Below are positions 10,132 through 19,843 of a DNA stretch of 64,000 nt, one piece after another (the first letter of the stretch is position 1; each line of letters begins with the position of its first letter). The stretch comes from an uncultured Nitrospinota bacterium (GTDB taxonomy: Bacteria > Tectomicrobia > Entotheonellia > J063 > CAVPRW01). A program made the position numbers and the translations under genes. Below the pieces are notes generated by a model. It made no database searches. It saw nothing but the letters and a program-made list of their open reading frames with translations, and had not been told where the DNA came from. The stretch is taken from the NCBI GenBank assembly GCA_963707985.1, contig CAVPRW010000008.1, forward strand, positions 128,001-192,000, written 5' to 3'.

Positions 10132-11913
10132 ATGGCTGAGGTGGCTCCGAATACCTCCCTCTTGCACCCCAAGGGTTGCGTGGTCATGCTTGAGGACACC
10201 CTGATGACCTCGGAGCTTACCCGCCGCCGACCCAGGGCCCCTGATTACGCGTCTGAAAACGGTGTTCTGGTTGCTCTCGCCCGTGAGATGGCGGTCAATC
10301 CCTGCACCCTGCTGCAGGCGCTTGTCGACAAGACTGTGGACTTGTGCCGGGCTGGCACAGCTGGCATCAGCGTGCTGAAGACCGATAGCGACGGCGAGTA
10401 TCTCGTTTGCGAAGCCCTCTCCGGCGTGTACGCCCCCTCTATCAGGAGCCGTATCCCCCGCCACTTCAGCCCCTCCGGCACAACGCTCGATCGGAATGCT
10501 CCCCAACTGTTCTCGTATCCGGCTCGCTATTTCACGTATTTCCCCCAGGCCGCTGCGCCCATCATCGAGGTGCTGGTCGTGCCGATATACGTCAGTGGCC
10601 GCCCGTGTGGGACGATATGGATTCTGGCCCATAATGCGACGCGCCAGTTTGATGCCGAGGATGTGCGCCTTCTGACGAGCCTCGCCGCATTTGCCAGCTT
10701 GGGGCTGCAGGTCATCTCTGCCCTGGAGGTAGCGCAGACCAACCGGATGTGGGGCGGGCCCGAGGTGCCGACGAGGACCGCTCACTGGGCTCAGCTGTCG
10801 GCGCCGGTCAGCCAGCAACAGCCAACTGTCGCGGCTCGCCGTACCGGCGAATGGCCGTTCCAGCGCCTGCTCGAGAAGCTGCCGGCAGCCGCGTACACTT
10901 GCGATCCCGACGGGCTGATCACCTATTTCAACCCACAAGCGGTAAAGCTCTGGGGACGTGCTCCCAAGTTGAACGATCCGGTGGACCGCTTCTGCGGCTC
11001 CTTTAAACTCTTTACGACGCATGGTGTTCCGATCGCTCACGACGCCTGCTGGATGGCCCTGGCCCTGAAGATGAACCAAGAATACAACGGCCACGAGATT
11101 GTCATCGAGCGCCCAGACGGGCAACGTCTGACCGCCCTGGCCTATGCCAACCCCATGCACGATGCGACCGGCACGCTGCTTGGGGCGGTGAACGTGCTCG
11201 TGGATATCACCGAGCGCACGCAGGCGGAGGCCCAGCTCCAGGCCTCCCTCCACGAGAAGGAAGTGCTCCTCAAGGAGATCCACCATCGCGTCAAGAACAA
11301 CCTACAGCTCATTGCCAGCCTGCTCTACCTGCAGTCCGACCACCTCAAGCACCCTGAGGACCTGGCCCTCTTTGAGGACACCCAGAACCGGGTGAAATCG
11401 ATGGCACTCGTGCATGAAAGTCTCTACCATACGGGTGATCTGGCCCGCTTCAATTTTGCCCGCTACCTCGAGCGCTTGACCTCACACCTGTGCCAGTCCC
11501 ATGGGGCAGAGCGTGCCGGCATCCGCCTCCACATGGCACTCGAGGAGGTGGTCCTGGACGGGGATACGGCCATCCCCTGCGGCCTCATCGTGAACGAGCT
11601 CCTGACCAACGCCCTCAAATACGCCTTTCCGGACGGACGCGCCGGGACCATCCACCTCACGCTGCGGGCCGCCGGCGACCAGGTCACGCTGAGGGTCCGT
11701 GACACGGGCATTGGCCTTCCCCACGGCTTTGATGTGCACACCACGGAGTCCCTGGGACTGCAGCTCGTCGGCATGATGACCGAGCAACTCGGGGGAACGC
11801 TCACGCTCACAGGTGCCGGTGGCACGACGTGGACCGTCAGCCTTCCCTATCGTCTGCGGCAGGTCAAGGAGGAGGCGTATGGCCCCGGCCCAGATTCTGA
11901 TCGTGGAAGATGA
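10132..11913 (+). CDS. GAF-PAS-HisKA_2 sensor histidine kinase
   Basis: GAF, PAS (YTCDPDGLITYFN...LWG), EIHHRVKNNLQ, NELLTNALKYAF and DTGIG motifs. Confidence 0.9.
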   Translation: MAEVAPNTSLLHPKGCVVMLEDTLMTSELTRRRPRAPDYASENGVLVALAREMAVNPCTLLQALVDKTVDLCRAGTAGISVLKTDSDGEYLVCEALSGVYAPSIRSRIPRHFSPSGTTLDRNAPQLFSYPARYFTYFPQAAAPIIEVLVVPIYVSGRPCGTIWILAHNATRQFDAEDVRLLTSLAAFASLGLQVISALEVAQTNRMWGGPEVPTRTAHWAQLSAPVSQQQPTVAARRTGEWPFQRLLEKLPAAAYTCDPDGLITYFNPQAVKLWGRAPKLNDPVDRFCGSFKLFTTHGVPIAHDACWMALALKMNQEYNGHEIVIERPDGQRLTALAYANPMHDATGTLLGAVNVLVDITERTQAEAQLQASLHEKEVLLKEIHHRVKNNLQLIASLLYLQSDHLKHPEDLALFEDTQNRVKSMALVHESLYHTGDLARFNFARYLERLTSHLCQSHGAERAGIRLHMALEEVVLDGDTAIPCGLIVNELLTNALKYAFPDGRAGTIHLTLRAAGDQVTLRVRDTGIGLPHGFDVHTTESLGLQLVGMMTEQLGGTLTLTGAGGTTWTVSLPYRLRQVKEEAYGPGPDSDRGR

Positions 11914-12253
11914 ACGGATCATCGCGGCCGAGTTGTCGCGGCGCCTCACCCGCTTGGGGTATGCCGTGATCGCCACGGTCGGATCGGGAGCCGAGGCGAT
12001 TCAACGGGCGCGGCTGGGGTGCCCGGATCTGGTCCTCATGGACATTGGCTTACCTGGGGAGATGAATGGCCTGGAAGCCGGGGCCCGCATCTGGGAGGAG
12101 CTCAAGATCCCCATTGTCTATGTCACGGCCTATACGGATGCGTTGACGATGGACCAGGTCCGCACCCCGCCGCCCGTGCTGACGGTCGGCAAGCCGTTTG
12201 ATGTCGAACAGTTACGCACCACGCTTGCGCAAGCCCTGGCCGCCCCTCCATGA
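11879..12253 (+). CDS. Single-domain response regulator
   Basis: ILIVEDE, PDLVLMDI, IVYVTA and KPF motifs; GGAGG RBS; overlaps the kinase 3' end. Confidence 0.9.
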   Translation: MAPAQILIVEDERIIAAELSRRLTRLGYAVIATVGSGAEAIQRARLGCPDLVLMDIGLPGEMNGLEAGARIWEELKIPIVYVTAYTDALTMDQVRTPPPVLTVGKPFDVEQLRTTLAQALAAPP

Positions 12254-12426
12254 GCCCGTGCCGCCACCGGGCCGCGGGCACCACACGCCTGGTCCAGGGG
12301 GCGGAGCGGGCGAAGGGGCAGGCGTGCTGGGGGGCTGGGGCCGGAGCGCTCGTCTCGGGAGCGCGGCTCTGCACAACCCCGCTTCCCCAGCAAAAAAGCT
12401 CTTCTTCCCTTCGTCGGGAGACTGTC

Positions 12427-12852
12427 ATGGGAGACCAGACGAGAACCACCGCCATTCTCGTATTCAATAAGGTTGGGCACGTTTTACTTCAGAAGCGCGA
12501 CAACATCCCCACGATCCAGGAGCCGGGGAAGTGGGATGTCTGGGGTGGTCACTGCGAGGCCGGGGAGACGCCTGAGGCGTGCGCCATCCGCGAGCTTTAC
12601 GAGGAACTCGGCATCGAGATCGCCGATCTACGGGTCCTCAAGTTCCTCATGACGCGATCAGTGGACGGACGCGAAGAATTCGTGTTTGCCTACGTGTTCG
12701 AGGCTGATGGCACACCACCGGTGTATGAGGGCGAGCGAGCGGAGTGGTGTGCTCCCGAGGACGCAGCCGACCTGGCGATGGCGTTTGGGGCAGAACGGCT
12801 CTTTACCCCGGAGATAGTGGCGCAAGCCAAGGCCGCACTGTGCCTCACATGA
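12427..12852 (+). CDS. NUDIX hydrolase
   Basis: Nudix box GGHCEAGETPEACAIRELYEELG; LLQKRD. Confidence 0.88.
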   Translation: MGDQTRTTAILVFNKVGHVLLQKRDNIPTIQEPGKWDVWGGHCEAGETPEACAIRELYEELGIEIADLRVLKFLMTRSVDGREEFVFAYVFEADGTPPVYEGERAEWCAPEDAADLAMAFGAERLFTPEIVAQAKAALCLT

Positions 12853-12885
12853 GCAAACAATCAGAACAACTATTCTGTCGGATAT

Positions 12886-13053
12886 ATGGCCACCTCAAAA
12901 ACTCCCAAATCTATGACGAGGCGCGGCTCAGGCAAGATGCCGTTCCTCACGCACGAAGAGCTGAAGCACCTCTTGGCTGTTATCAAGGAAAAACGCCATC
13001 AGGCGCTCTTCCTCCTGGCCTACCGCCATAGGCTGCGCGCGTCGGAGCGTTGA
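12886..13053 (+). pseudogene. Fragment of a FimB/XerD-like tyrosine recombinase
   Basis: Translates to ...FLTHEELKHLLAVIKEKRHQALFLLAYRHRLRASER*, which matches Box I (LxYxxGLRxSE) and then stops. Confidence 0.65.
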
Positions 13054-13309
13054 CAATAGAGTCTAAAGCATTCATGCCCCGTGGCATGAGTTCAAAGATA
13101 TGGTCGCGTAGGGCAATCCACTTCCTGGTGTCATCAACCAAGGGCTGAGCTCTTGGATCATTCCTTCCCATTGCTCCCTCGAGTACAAGTGTGTTGTCTA
13201 GCGGGCGGATGAATCCCTGTACACGCAACTGCATAAGTTCGCGCCCAAGGGATGGCCCGTCCCCACGGGTGACGGCCGTCGGGGTGATCGCTGTGGCTGC
13301 GGAGGGAAG

Positions 13310-13909
13310 ATGGGAGCAACACATGACTCGCCTACCAGCAGTGTGCTCACGACGTCCGCAACGCGCCAGACTTCACCGATGGAAACCCTAGAGACGCTGC
13401 GCCACCTGATCCTGCAACCGGAACGATCGCAACTTCGCCAACTGCAAGAACGCCTGGACAACCTCAGAGTGAGCTCCGAAGATGTCAGCCAGGTGCTGCC
13501 GGAAGCGGTTCTGCATCGTGCACGCCAGGATCATCAACTCACCAATGCGCTTCTGCCCACTGTCGAGGAAGCCATCCAGTCCTCGGTACGAAGGAATCCT
13601 CGCACCCTGGTGGAAGCCTTGTTCCCGTTGATGGGGCCGGCGATCCGCAGAGCTGTTGCGCACCGCCTCCGCAGCATGATCGCCTCCCTTGGCTACACCT
13701 TGGCCGTGAGCACTACGCTCCGGGGGCTGAAGTGGAGGCTTGAAGCGCTGCGGACTGGAGTACCCTTCGCCGAAGTGGTCCTGCTGCACACGTTGCGCTA
13801 TCGGGTTGAACAGGTCTTTCTCTTGCACCGGCAAACGGGGCTCTTGCTCCGGCAAGCCATGGTTGAGTCGGTGAGCACGCTGGATGACCTTGCGCGTGGT
13901 GCTGCCTGA
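13310..13909 (+). pseudogene. N-terminal part of the OmpA-family protein that accompanies bacterial Rab-like GTPases (C-terminal OmpA domain missing)
   Basis: LPTVEEAIQSSVRRNPRTLVEALFPLMGPAIRRAV and YRVEQVFLLHRQTGLLL; ends abruptly. Confidence 0.6.
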
Positions 13910-13937
13910 GATGCCTGGGAGATAAGGTACGAGAGCC

Positions 13938-14436
13938 ATGGTGCAGAAAAAGATATGCTTATTGGGCGCCTTCGCAGTGGGGAAAACCAGCCTCGTGACG
14001 CAGTTTGTCGACAGTATCTTCTCCGACAAATATCATACCACCGTGGGCGTGCGGATCGAGAAAAAGGCCCTGTCGCTTGGGGGGGAGAGAGTGGCATTTG
14101 ATCATTTGGGATCTGGCCGGCGAGGATGAATTCCTCCAGTTCCGACCGTCCTATTTGCGGGGTTCCTCGGGGTATCTACTGGTGGCGGACGGTACGCGCC
14201 GTGCAACGCTCGATGCCGCCGTGAGGATGCAGCAGCGCGCGCGCAACACCATTGGTGATGTACCGTTTGTGCTCATGCTTAACAAGTCCGACTTGGCTGA
14301 TGAATGGGAAGTTGCCGAGCGTACCGTCGAAGCCCTGTCAAGGAGGGGCTGGACTTGGCTGAAAGCCAGCGCGAAGACAGGTGCAGGTGTGGAGGAAGCC
14401 TTCTTAACCCTTGTCGCCAAAATGATGGAGGGGTAA
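13938..14436 (+). CDS. Rab/Ras-like small GTPase, frameshifted in a G7 run at 14079-14085
   Basis: G1 GAFAVGKT and G2 YHTTVG in one frame; G3 WDLAGED, G4 NKSD and G5 SAK in the next frame. Confidence 0.85.
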
Positions 14437-15734
14437 ATGTGTGCGCTGCCCTCGCCAGTGCTTGAGTACTTGGGGAAGTTTATGGCGGCAACTGGCTCCC
14501 CAGGATATTTGCTGGTAGACAGGCAAGGGGGCCTGCTGGAGTGGGGGGGATCGCTCTCGGTCTATGGCCTCACGGATCTCAGATCCGGCGTCCCGATACT
14601 GAATCAGGTCGACTTTCTGGTGGGGTTGCTTCCAGGCACCGACACGGCGCTCTACTATCCGTGTGTCGAACTGGGTTCCGGCCTGTTTATCGACGTTCAT
14701 GTGTTCCCTGCAGACAGGGGGGATTGGGTGTTATTGCTGGATGTCAGCTCCGAAGCACAGGAACGCCGCCAGTTGCATCAACGGATCCACGACTGGAAAA
14801 TTTTCTTCACGACGCCGAGGTATTCTGGGGTGCGGGAGCAGTGGGGGTGCTGAAATCAGGGCCGTGGAGGGAGCTCGACCGCTCGGCCAACGAGCTATAT
14901 CTTGAGGCCTCGGCGGTGCTCTGGGACACTGGGAGGTTCTTGCTCATCGCCAACTCCGAGAATAACTACGAGGAGAAACGGTCTATTATTCAGAGGGCCC
15001 GGGAGAACAATCTCCAGCAGCAGCGTTTCGGGAAGGAAGTGCAAAAGAAAGAGACTTTGGTACAAGCCATCGTCCACGATGTGATCGGCATGTTGACGCC
15101 AATTAAGGCCTGCTTTGCACTCCTCAGCAGTGAGAATCTAGGCCCCAAAGCCAGAAGGTGTGTCGAGCTGGGCCTACAGCAAACCACCAGGCAACAGATG
15201 CTGACTGAGACGATTTTGGATGTGTTCTCCGCCGAAATGGGGGCGCTCGATCCGTTTACCAGAGATCCCACCCAGGCTCCGGACGTGATCCTGTGTGCGA
15301 AGGCGGTACTGGAGGCGATAGAGCCAGCGGCCGCCACGAAGCAGGTGACGCTGCAGCTACACCCAAGCATCGGCCCACAAAGGGAGCGGAAAGTCGTCGG
15401 TGAACGATTGCGTTTCGAACGCGTCATCTTTAACCTGGTCGAAAATGCCATCCGGCACAGTCCAGAAGGCACCCTGGTCACCGTGGGCGTGAAAAGCGAG
15501 GGGCAATACATTTTGATTACCGTTGACGACGAGGGGAGTTATGTGCCGCAGGATATGGTGGGAGTGCTTTTTGAGAAACTCATCCAGGGTGGAGAGCGAT
15601 CGGGACGATCCGGCTTGGGGCTGTATTTCTGCCGTCTAATGGTCGAACGTTGGGGCGGCACGACTGGATACAGCCAGCGTCCAAGAGGCGGCAACCGGTT
15701 TTGGTTGCGCTTACCTCGAGCCATCGTTCAGTGA
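14437..15734 (+). pseudogene. Sensor histidine kinase with PAS-like N-terminus, frame break near 14790
   Basis: The N-terminal ORF 14437-14853 joins a second frame carrying IVHD (H-box), NLVENAIRHS, DDEG and SGLGLYFC. Confidence 0.7.
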
Positions 15735-16017
15735 TGGGAATACACCGATGACCTGCATACGATGCGTCGAGAACAGGTCATGCATCGGTATGGGGTCACG
15801 CCATGGCATCCCATCGGCCAGGGTATAGATGTCTTCCTGAAGCTCATAGCGCAGATCGAAGGTCGAGTTGATCCTGTAGCCATACCGCGTATCGTACAGC
15901 ACGGACCTGTGCGGTGGAGGACTCTATCTGGACAATGGTGGTAGGAATGAGTACCCTGTGGAGCCAGGAAGCTCTGGAGGTACTGCGATAGAGCAGCGGC
16001 GTCACAGGAGTGTCGAC

Positions 16018-17001
16018 ATGGTCTCAAGCAATGCCACAGTCCCTGACCTACAGGCCACACGGGTCGTGATTGACACCGACCCTGGTATTGATGATGTGGC
16101 GGCCATTCTGATGGGAATCTCCAGTCGAGAGCTGCGGGTGGAGGCTCTCACCACAATCTATGGCAATGCCTCTGTCACCCAGAGTACGGTTAATGCGCTA
16201 CGCCTCCTGGAAGCCGCAGGCCGGCAAGATATTCCGGTGTATCAAGGAGTAGGGAAGTGCTACAACATGGCAGAGCCCACGTATGCTGCCCAGGTGCACG
16301 GCAGCGATGGGTTTGGTGACATCGCTTGGCCGCGACCCACGACCTCACCACAGCGCCGCCATGCTGTCCTCGAGCTCATTGATCGGGTCCTCAGCGCTCC
16401 TGGAGAAATCACCGTGGTGGCGCTGGGACGCCTGACCAATCTGGCACTTGCCATGAGTGTGGAGCCGCAGGTTGCCAGCGCGCTGCGCAACCTTATCGTG
16501 ATGGGTGGAGCCATCACGGTCCCCGGTAACATCACGCCAGTCGCCAGCGCCAATCTGTGGGGTGATCCCGAGGCGGCTGATGTGGTCTATCGCTCTGGCG
16601 CCAAGATCGTCCAGATCGGCTTGGATGTCTGCGACCAGGTAGAAATTTCTGCCGCCCAACAACAACGCGTCTGGCGAGCAAACACCACGGCCACGCGACT
16701 CCTACAGACGCTCACCCCTAGCCTCCAAGCCAGTTACAGGCGGCGTGGCCTCCTACGTCATCCAGACCATATCCGCTACAATGATGTCCCCGCTATGGCC
16801 TATGTGATTGATCCCTCACTCTTCAGCTGTCAGGAAGTGCATGTGCGCATCGAGACGCATGGACAGCTGACACGGGGGCAAACCGTGGCGGATCTCCGTG
16901 GCCAGGGTAATGCACCGCCCAACGTCACCGTGGCCTTCGGGGTAGATGCCACGCGCCTCACAGACTTGTGGGTCGAACGTGTTGTGAATCTCCGCTGCTA
17001 A
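16018..17001 (+). CDS. Inosine/uridine-preferring nucleoside hydrolase
   Basis: DTDPGIDD, GN, HGSDG, MGG...GN and DPEAA motifs. Confidence 0.92.
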   Translation: MVSSNATVPDLQATRVVIDTDPGIDDVAAILMGISSRELRVEALTTIYGNASVTQSTVNALRLLEAAGRQDIPVYQGVGKCYNMAEPTYAAQVHGSDGFGDIAWPRPTTSPQRRHAVLELIDRVLSAPGEITVVALGRLTNLALAMSVEPQVASALRNLIVMGGAITVPGNITPVASANLWGDPEAADVVYRSGAKIVQIGLDVCDQVEISAAQQQRVWRANTTATRLLQTLTPSLQASYRRRGLLRHPDHIRYNDVPAMAYVIDPSLFSCQEVHVRIETHGQLTRGQTVADLRGQGNAPPNVTVAFGVDATRLTDLWVERVVNLRC

Positions 17002-17058
17002 GCGCCTGGTGGATGTCGGATAGATGGAGCGTAGTTCCAGACGTGAAAGGCGAGCCGA

Positions 17059-17970
17059 CTAAAGGCGTCCGGACAAAAATTGCTTCACGACCCGCTCAAA
17101 ACCGCGAGGATTATCCAGAAAGACATGGTGGTCGGCGTGCGGCACCTCAGCCAATTCGAGGCTAGGACACTGTGTCTGGGCCTCAGCGATGAGCTGAGGC
17201 GTGACGCGTGTGCTCCAGCCGCCCTTCACCACAAGGGTGGGAATGGTAATGTTCCGGCAGTGCGGGATCCCATCGAAGCTATTGCGCTGCGCATAGACCT
17301 TGCGGTCGAACTTGTGCGTCCAAGTACCATCGGGGAGTTGTCGGCCCCCACGTTCGGCGAGATGGCGAATGATCTCCGGGGCGGCGGTGGTCCCATCAGG
17401 ACGAAGCCGGTAGCGCGAGAGAAACTCTTCATGGGTGGCGTATCGGCTCCCCGGTCGGTTGCCGACATTGCGCAACATGGCCACACGCTCCTCGGGCATC
17501 CGTAATGTAGAGTCGACGATGATCAGGGCTCGGATCCGGCCGGGGTAGGTGGCCGTGTACACCAATGAGACCAACCCTCCCATCGAATGGCCAATCAGGA
17601 CGAAGTCCCGCAGATCGAGCTGCTCTGCTATCCCTGCTAGGTCTGCAGCATGCGCCTCATAGGTATAATCTGGTGGGTTCATCCATTGGCTATCGCCGTG
17701 GCCGCGAAAATCCAGGGCGCGCACATGAAAGTCGCTGATGAATCCCGGGGCAAAGAAATCGAACCAATGTCCATGTGCTGCGCCGCCATGGACGCAGAGG
17801 ATCGGCGTGCGGCCAGCCGTGCCATAATCCAGGTAATGCAGTCGCGATCCGCCAACCTCGATAAAATGATCGGTGTAGGCGGCCGGCTGGAAGCCTCCCT
17901 CGGGTCGCTCAATACCTTCCTTTACATTGTCCTCACTGAAGTTTGCTGACATCATTGTGGCCCTGTCCAT
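17059..17970 (-). CDS. Alpha/beta-fold hydrolase
   Basis: HGG, DFRGHGDS, GHSMGG nucleophile elbow and a C-terminal catalytic His (ADHH). Confidence 0.88.
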   Translation of the reverse strand: MDRATMMSANFSEDNVKEGIERPEGGFQPAAYTDHFIEVGGSRLHYLDYGTAGRTPILCVHGGAAHGHWFDFFAPGFISDFHVRALDFRGHGDSQWMNPPDYTYEAHAADLAGIAEQLDLRDFVLIGHSMGGLVSLVYTATYPGRIRALIIVDSTLRMPEERVAMLRNVGNRPGSRYATHEEFLSRYRLRPDGTTAAPEIIRHLAERGGRQLPDGTWTHKFDRKVYAQRNSFDGIPHCRNITIPTLVVKGGWSTRVTPQLIAEAQTQCPSLELAEVPHADHHVFLDNPRGFERVVKQFLSGRL

Positions 17971-18081
17971 CCATTCGGCGCCATCATACCGTTATTGTCA
18001 ATCGTTAAAGGCCATCTGCCGCCTGACAAATGAATCGCACAGTGGCGTTCCCGAGGCAACTGACGGGAAAGCTATACAGGA

Positions 18082-18101
18082 ATTTGACCTCGAGGTCAAA
18101 T
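18082..18101. promoter_or_regulatory. Perfect 20-bp palindrome, candidate operator
   Basis: ATTTGACCTCGAGGTCAAAT equals its own reverse complement; lies in the divergent hydrolase/smpB intergenic region. Confidence 0.5.
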
Positions 18102-18151
18102 GGAAATTCCAGCTGGGTGCAGTATAACTCACGCCTCGACCTTGCCCTCCC

Positions 18152-18180
18152 TTGCCCCTTGGCGTCCAAAGAGCTATACT
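18152..18180 (+). promoter_or_regulatory. Sigma70-type promoter of smpB-ssrA
   Basis: TTGCCC-N17-TATACT, 45 bp upstream of the smpB ATG. Confidence 0.6.
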
Positions 18181-18225
18181 AGGGGGTGCCGATCAAGAAC
18201 TGTGACACGAAGGTGAGCTGATCAT

Positions 18226-18687
18226 ATGCCTGGCGAAAAGATCATCTGCACCAATAGACAAGCACGTTTCGATTACCATCTCGAGGAGAGCTTCGAGGCG
18301 GGTCTCGTCCTGCAGGGCACCGAAGTCAAATCACTGCGTGATGGACGGGCCAACCTCAAAGATAGCTATGCCTCGGTGGACAATGGCGAAATTTATCTGT
18401 ACAACTGCCATATCAGCCCATACCCGAACGGTGGGTATGCCAATCACGATCCCGAGCGGGTTCGGAAACTACTCGTGCATAAGCGCGAGATCCGCCGATT
18501 GGTTGGGAAAACGCAGGAGCGTGGCTTGACTTTGATTCCCCTCAAGCTGTATTTTCAGCGCGGAAAAGTCAAGGTCGAGATGGCCCTGGCGCGTGGCAAG
18601 CGGCAGTACGATAAGCGTGAAGACATGAAACGGCGCGACGCCGACCGCGAGATTGAGCGCGCCTTCAAAGAGCAGGTCCGCAACTGA
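18226..18687 (+). CDS. smpB: SsrA-binding protein SmpB
   Basis: [33 protein letters not shown] and GKRQYDKRE motifs. Confidence 0.98.
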   Translation: MPGEKIICTNRQARFDYHLEESFEAGLVLQGTEVKSLRDGRANLKDSYASVDNGEIYLYNCHISPYPNGGYANHDPERVRKLLVHKREIRRLVGKTQERGLTLIPLKLYFQRGKVKVEMALARGKRQYDKREDMKRRDADREIERAFKEQVRN

Positions 18688-18773
18688 GCGATGGTGGCGC
18701 ATGATCAGGACTGGGCACGTCGTGAAGACACGCTTCAGTCCGCGGCGTTCAGCATCCAGTACTCGTCTTCAAG

Positions 18774-19390
18774 GGGGGCGACAGGTTTCGACGGGGGTGA
18801 TTGAGGCGAAGGTGGCATGCCGAGGTCCCATTGGCTCGTAAAACAAATGGGAAACCACAACTGCCAACGAAGAACTGGCACTGGCTGCTTAACAACCAGC
18901 CACGTCCTTCCTGTTCTCGCCTGTGGGGTGGGTAAGGGCGTCATTTAGCAGGCTAGTCAACCATCCCCCGCCCGGGGGGATGGGGCGCGAAATCCAAGCT
19001 GGGCTAGCACGGCCCCATGCCCCTGCCGATGGGGGAAGGGCTGAGCGAACTTTTAAACATCGGCTATGTATGTAGAAACCTTCAGCCAAAGACCTTCGGA
19101 CGCGGGTTCGATCATGAGGGTCGCCCTGGGGAGTAATCCTCAGGTGACAACGGGGCTCACATCGGCGAAGCCTACAGCCGCAAGCCAGGGTAACGCCGAG
19201 GGGTCAGAAGGAGGCTAACTCCAGGCTGGCCCTGTAGAGACTCATAGGCTCACTGGCCTGATGAGGGGTGAGTGGGTACTAGGAGTACCAGCAGTCTAGG
19301 TGCTAAGACGCCCCGCATCCCGGATGAAGGGATGAAGGCATAGTCCAGGCCAATCCGAAAGGATTGGGTATCCTGTCCCGCCGCCTCCAC
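18774..19390 (+). ncRNA. ssrA: tmRNA; exons 18774-19112 and 19376-19390; tag ORF 18863-18892 encodes ANEELALAA*
   Basis: The 5' end GGGGGCGACAGGTTTCGAC pairs with 3' CGCCTCC-A (G3.U alanine determinant). The tag ends LAA-TAA. Splicing restores the T-arm GCGGG-TTCGATT-CCCGC. Directly downstream of smpB. Confidence 0.96.
19113..19375 (+). ncRNA. Group I self-splicing intron (263 nt, no ORF) in the tmRNA T-loop
   Basis: The 5' exon ends in U and forms P1 CGAU/GUCG with a U.G wobble; the intron ends in G. Helices: P2 CCTGGGGA-GTAA-TCCTCAGG, P3 CGGGGC/GCCCCG, P4 TCGGCG/CGCCGA, P6 GGGTCAG/CTGGCCC, P7 from R GTAGAGACT and S AAGGCATAGTCC, P8 CATCCC/GGGATG, P9 CCAATCC-GAAA-GGATTGG. Confidence 0.92.
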
Positions 19391-19403
19391 TTGTTTGTCG
19401 CTG

Positions 19404-19437
19404 GCCGCAACTCCTTGATAGCAGAAGGAGTTGCGGC
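19404..19437 (+). terminator. 13-bp hairpin after ssrA (terminator or att-associated dyad)
   Basis: GCCGCAACTCCTT-N8-AAGGAGTTGCGGC; no strong adjacent U-tract. Confidence 0.55.
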
Positions 19438-19843
19438 ACCTTCGAAGTCCCCGACTGTTTTTCGTTGCACGCATATTCGGCGCTCATCATTTACACGCAA
19501 ACCTGACGAGAAGGCTGTTTCGGGAAGCAACCTTCGATGGGGTGCGATGGATCAACTGCAATCTTTTGTGAGGGTCTTGGGGACAAATCAGGAAGGATAT
19601 TTTCCCTTTTCATAAAACACCTTACCTTGGGGATTAGGCTAGATAAATTGCTCTGATTAGAGGGGATTCCTGTATTAGCCTTCATGGCTGCTACGATTTC
19701 ATCGTGCTTCGTACCCGTAAAGGAGATGCCATAGACTTGCATTTCGTTCTCGGCGGGATAGTTGCCAAGCTCCTTTCCGCAGGAATATAAGACTGCCTCA
19801 CCTTCTGAAATGCATTGCCCAGGTGCTCAGCACCAGCCCTGTT

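Noticed and set aside
9880..11286. Long antisense ORFs over kinases and dehydrogenases (also 8629-9387, 35796-36749, 55574-56341)
   Set aside because: These are shadow ORFs caused by high-GC codon bias opposite clearly recognisable genes.
19258..19360. CTGATGAG inside the intron, resembling a hammerhead ribozyme core
   Set aside because: No short stem II followed by GAAA and no stem I/III geometry; the segment is explained as a group I peripheral hairpin.
19113..19375. Homing endonuclease or IStron cargo in the intron
   Set aside because: The intron is only 263 nt, fully accounted for by core helices, and has no ORF with LAGLIDADG, HNH, GIY-YIG or TnpB features.
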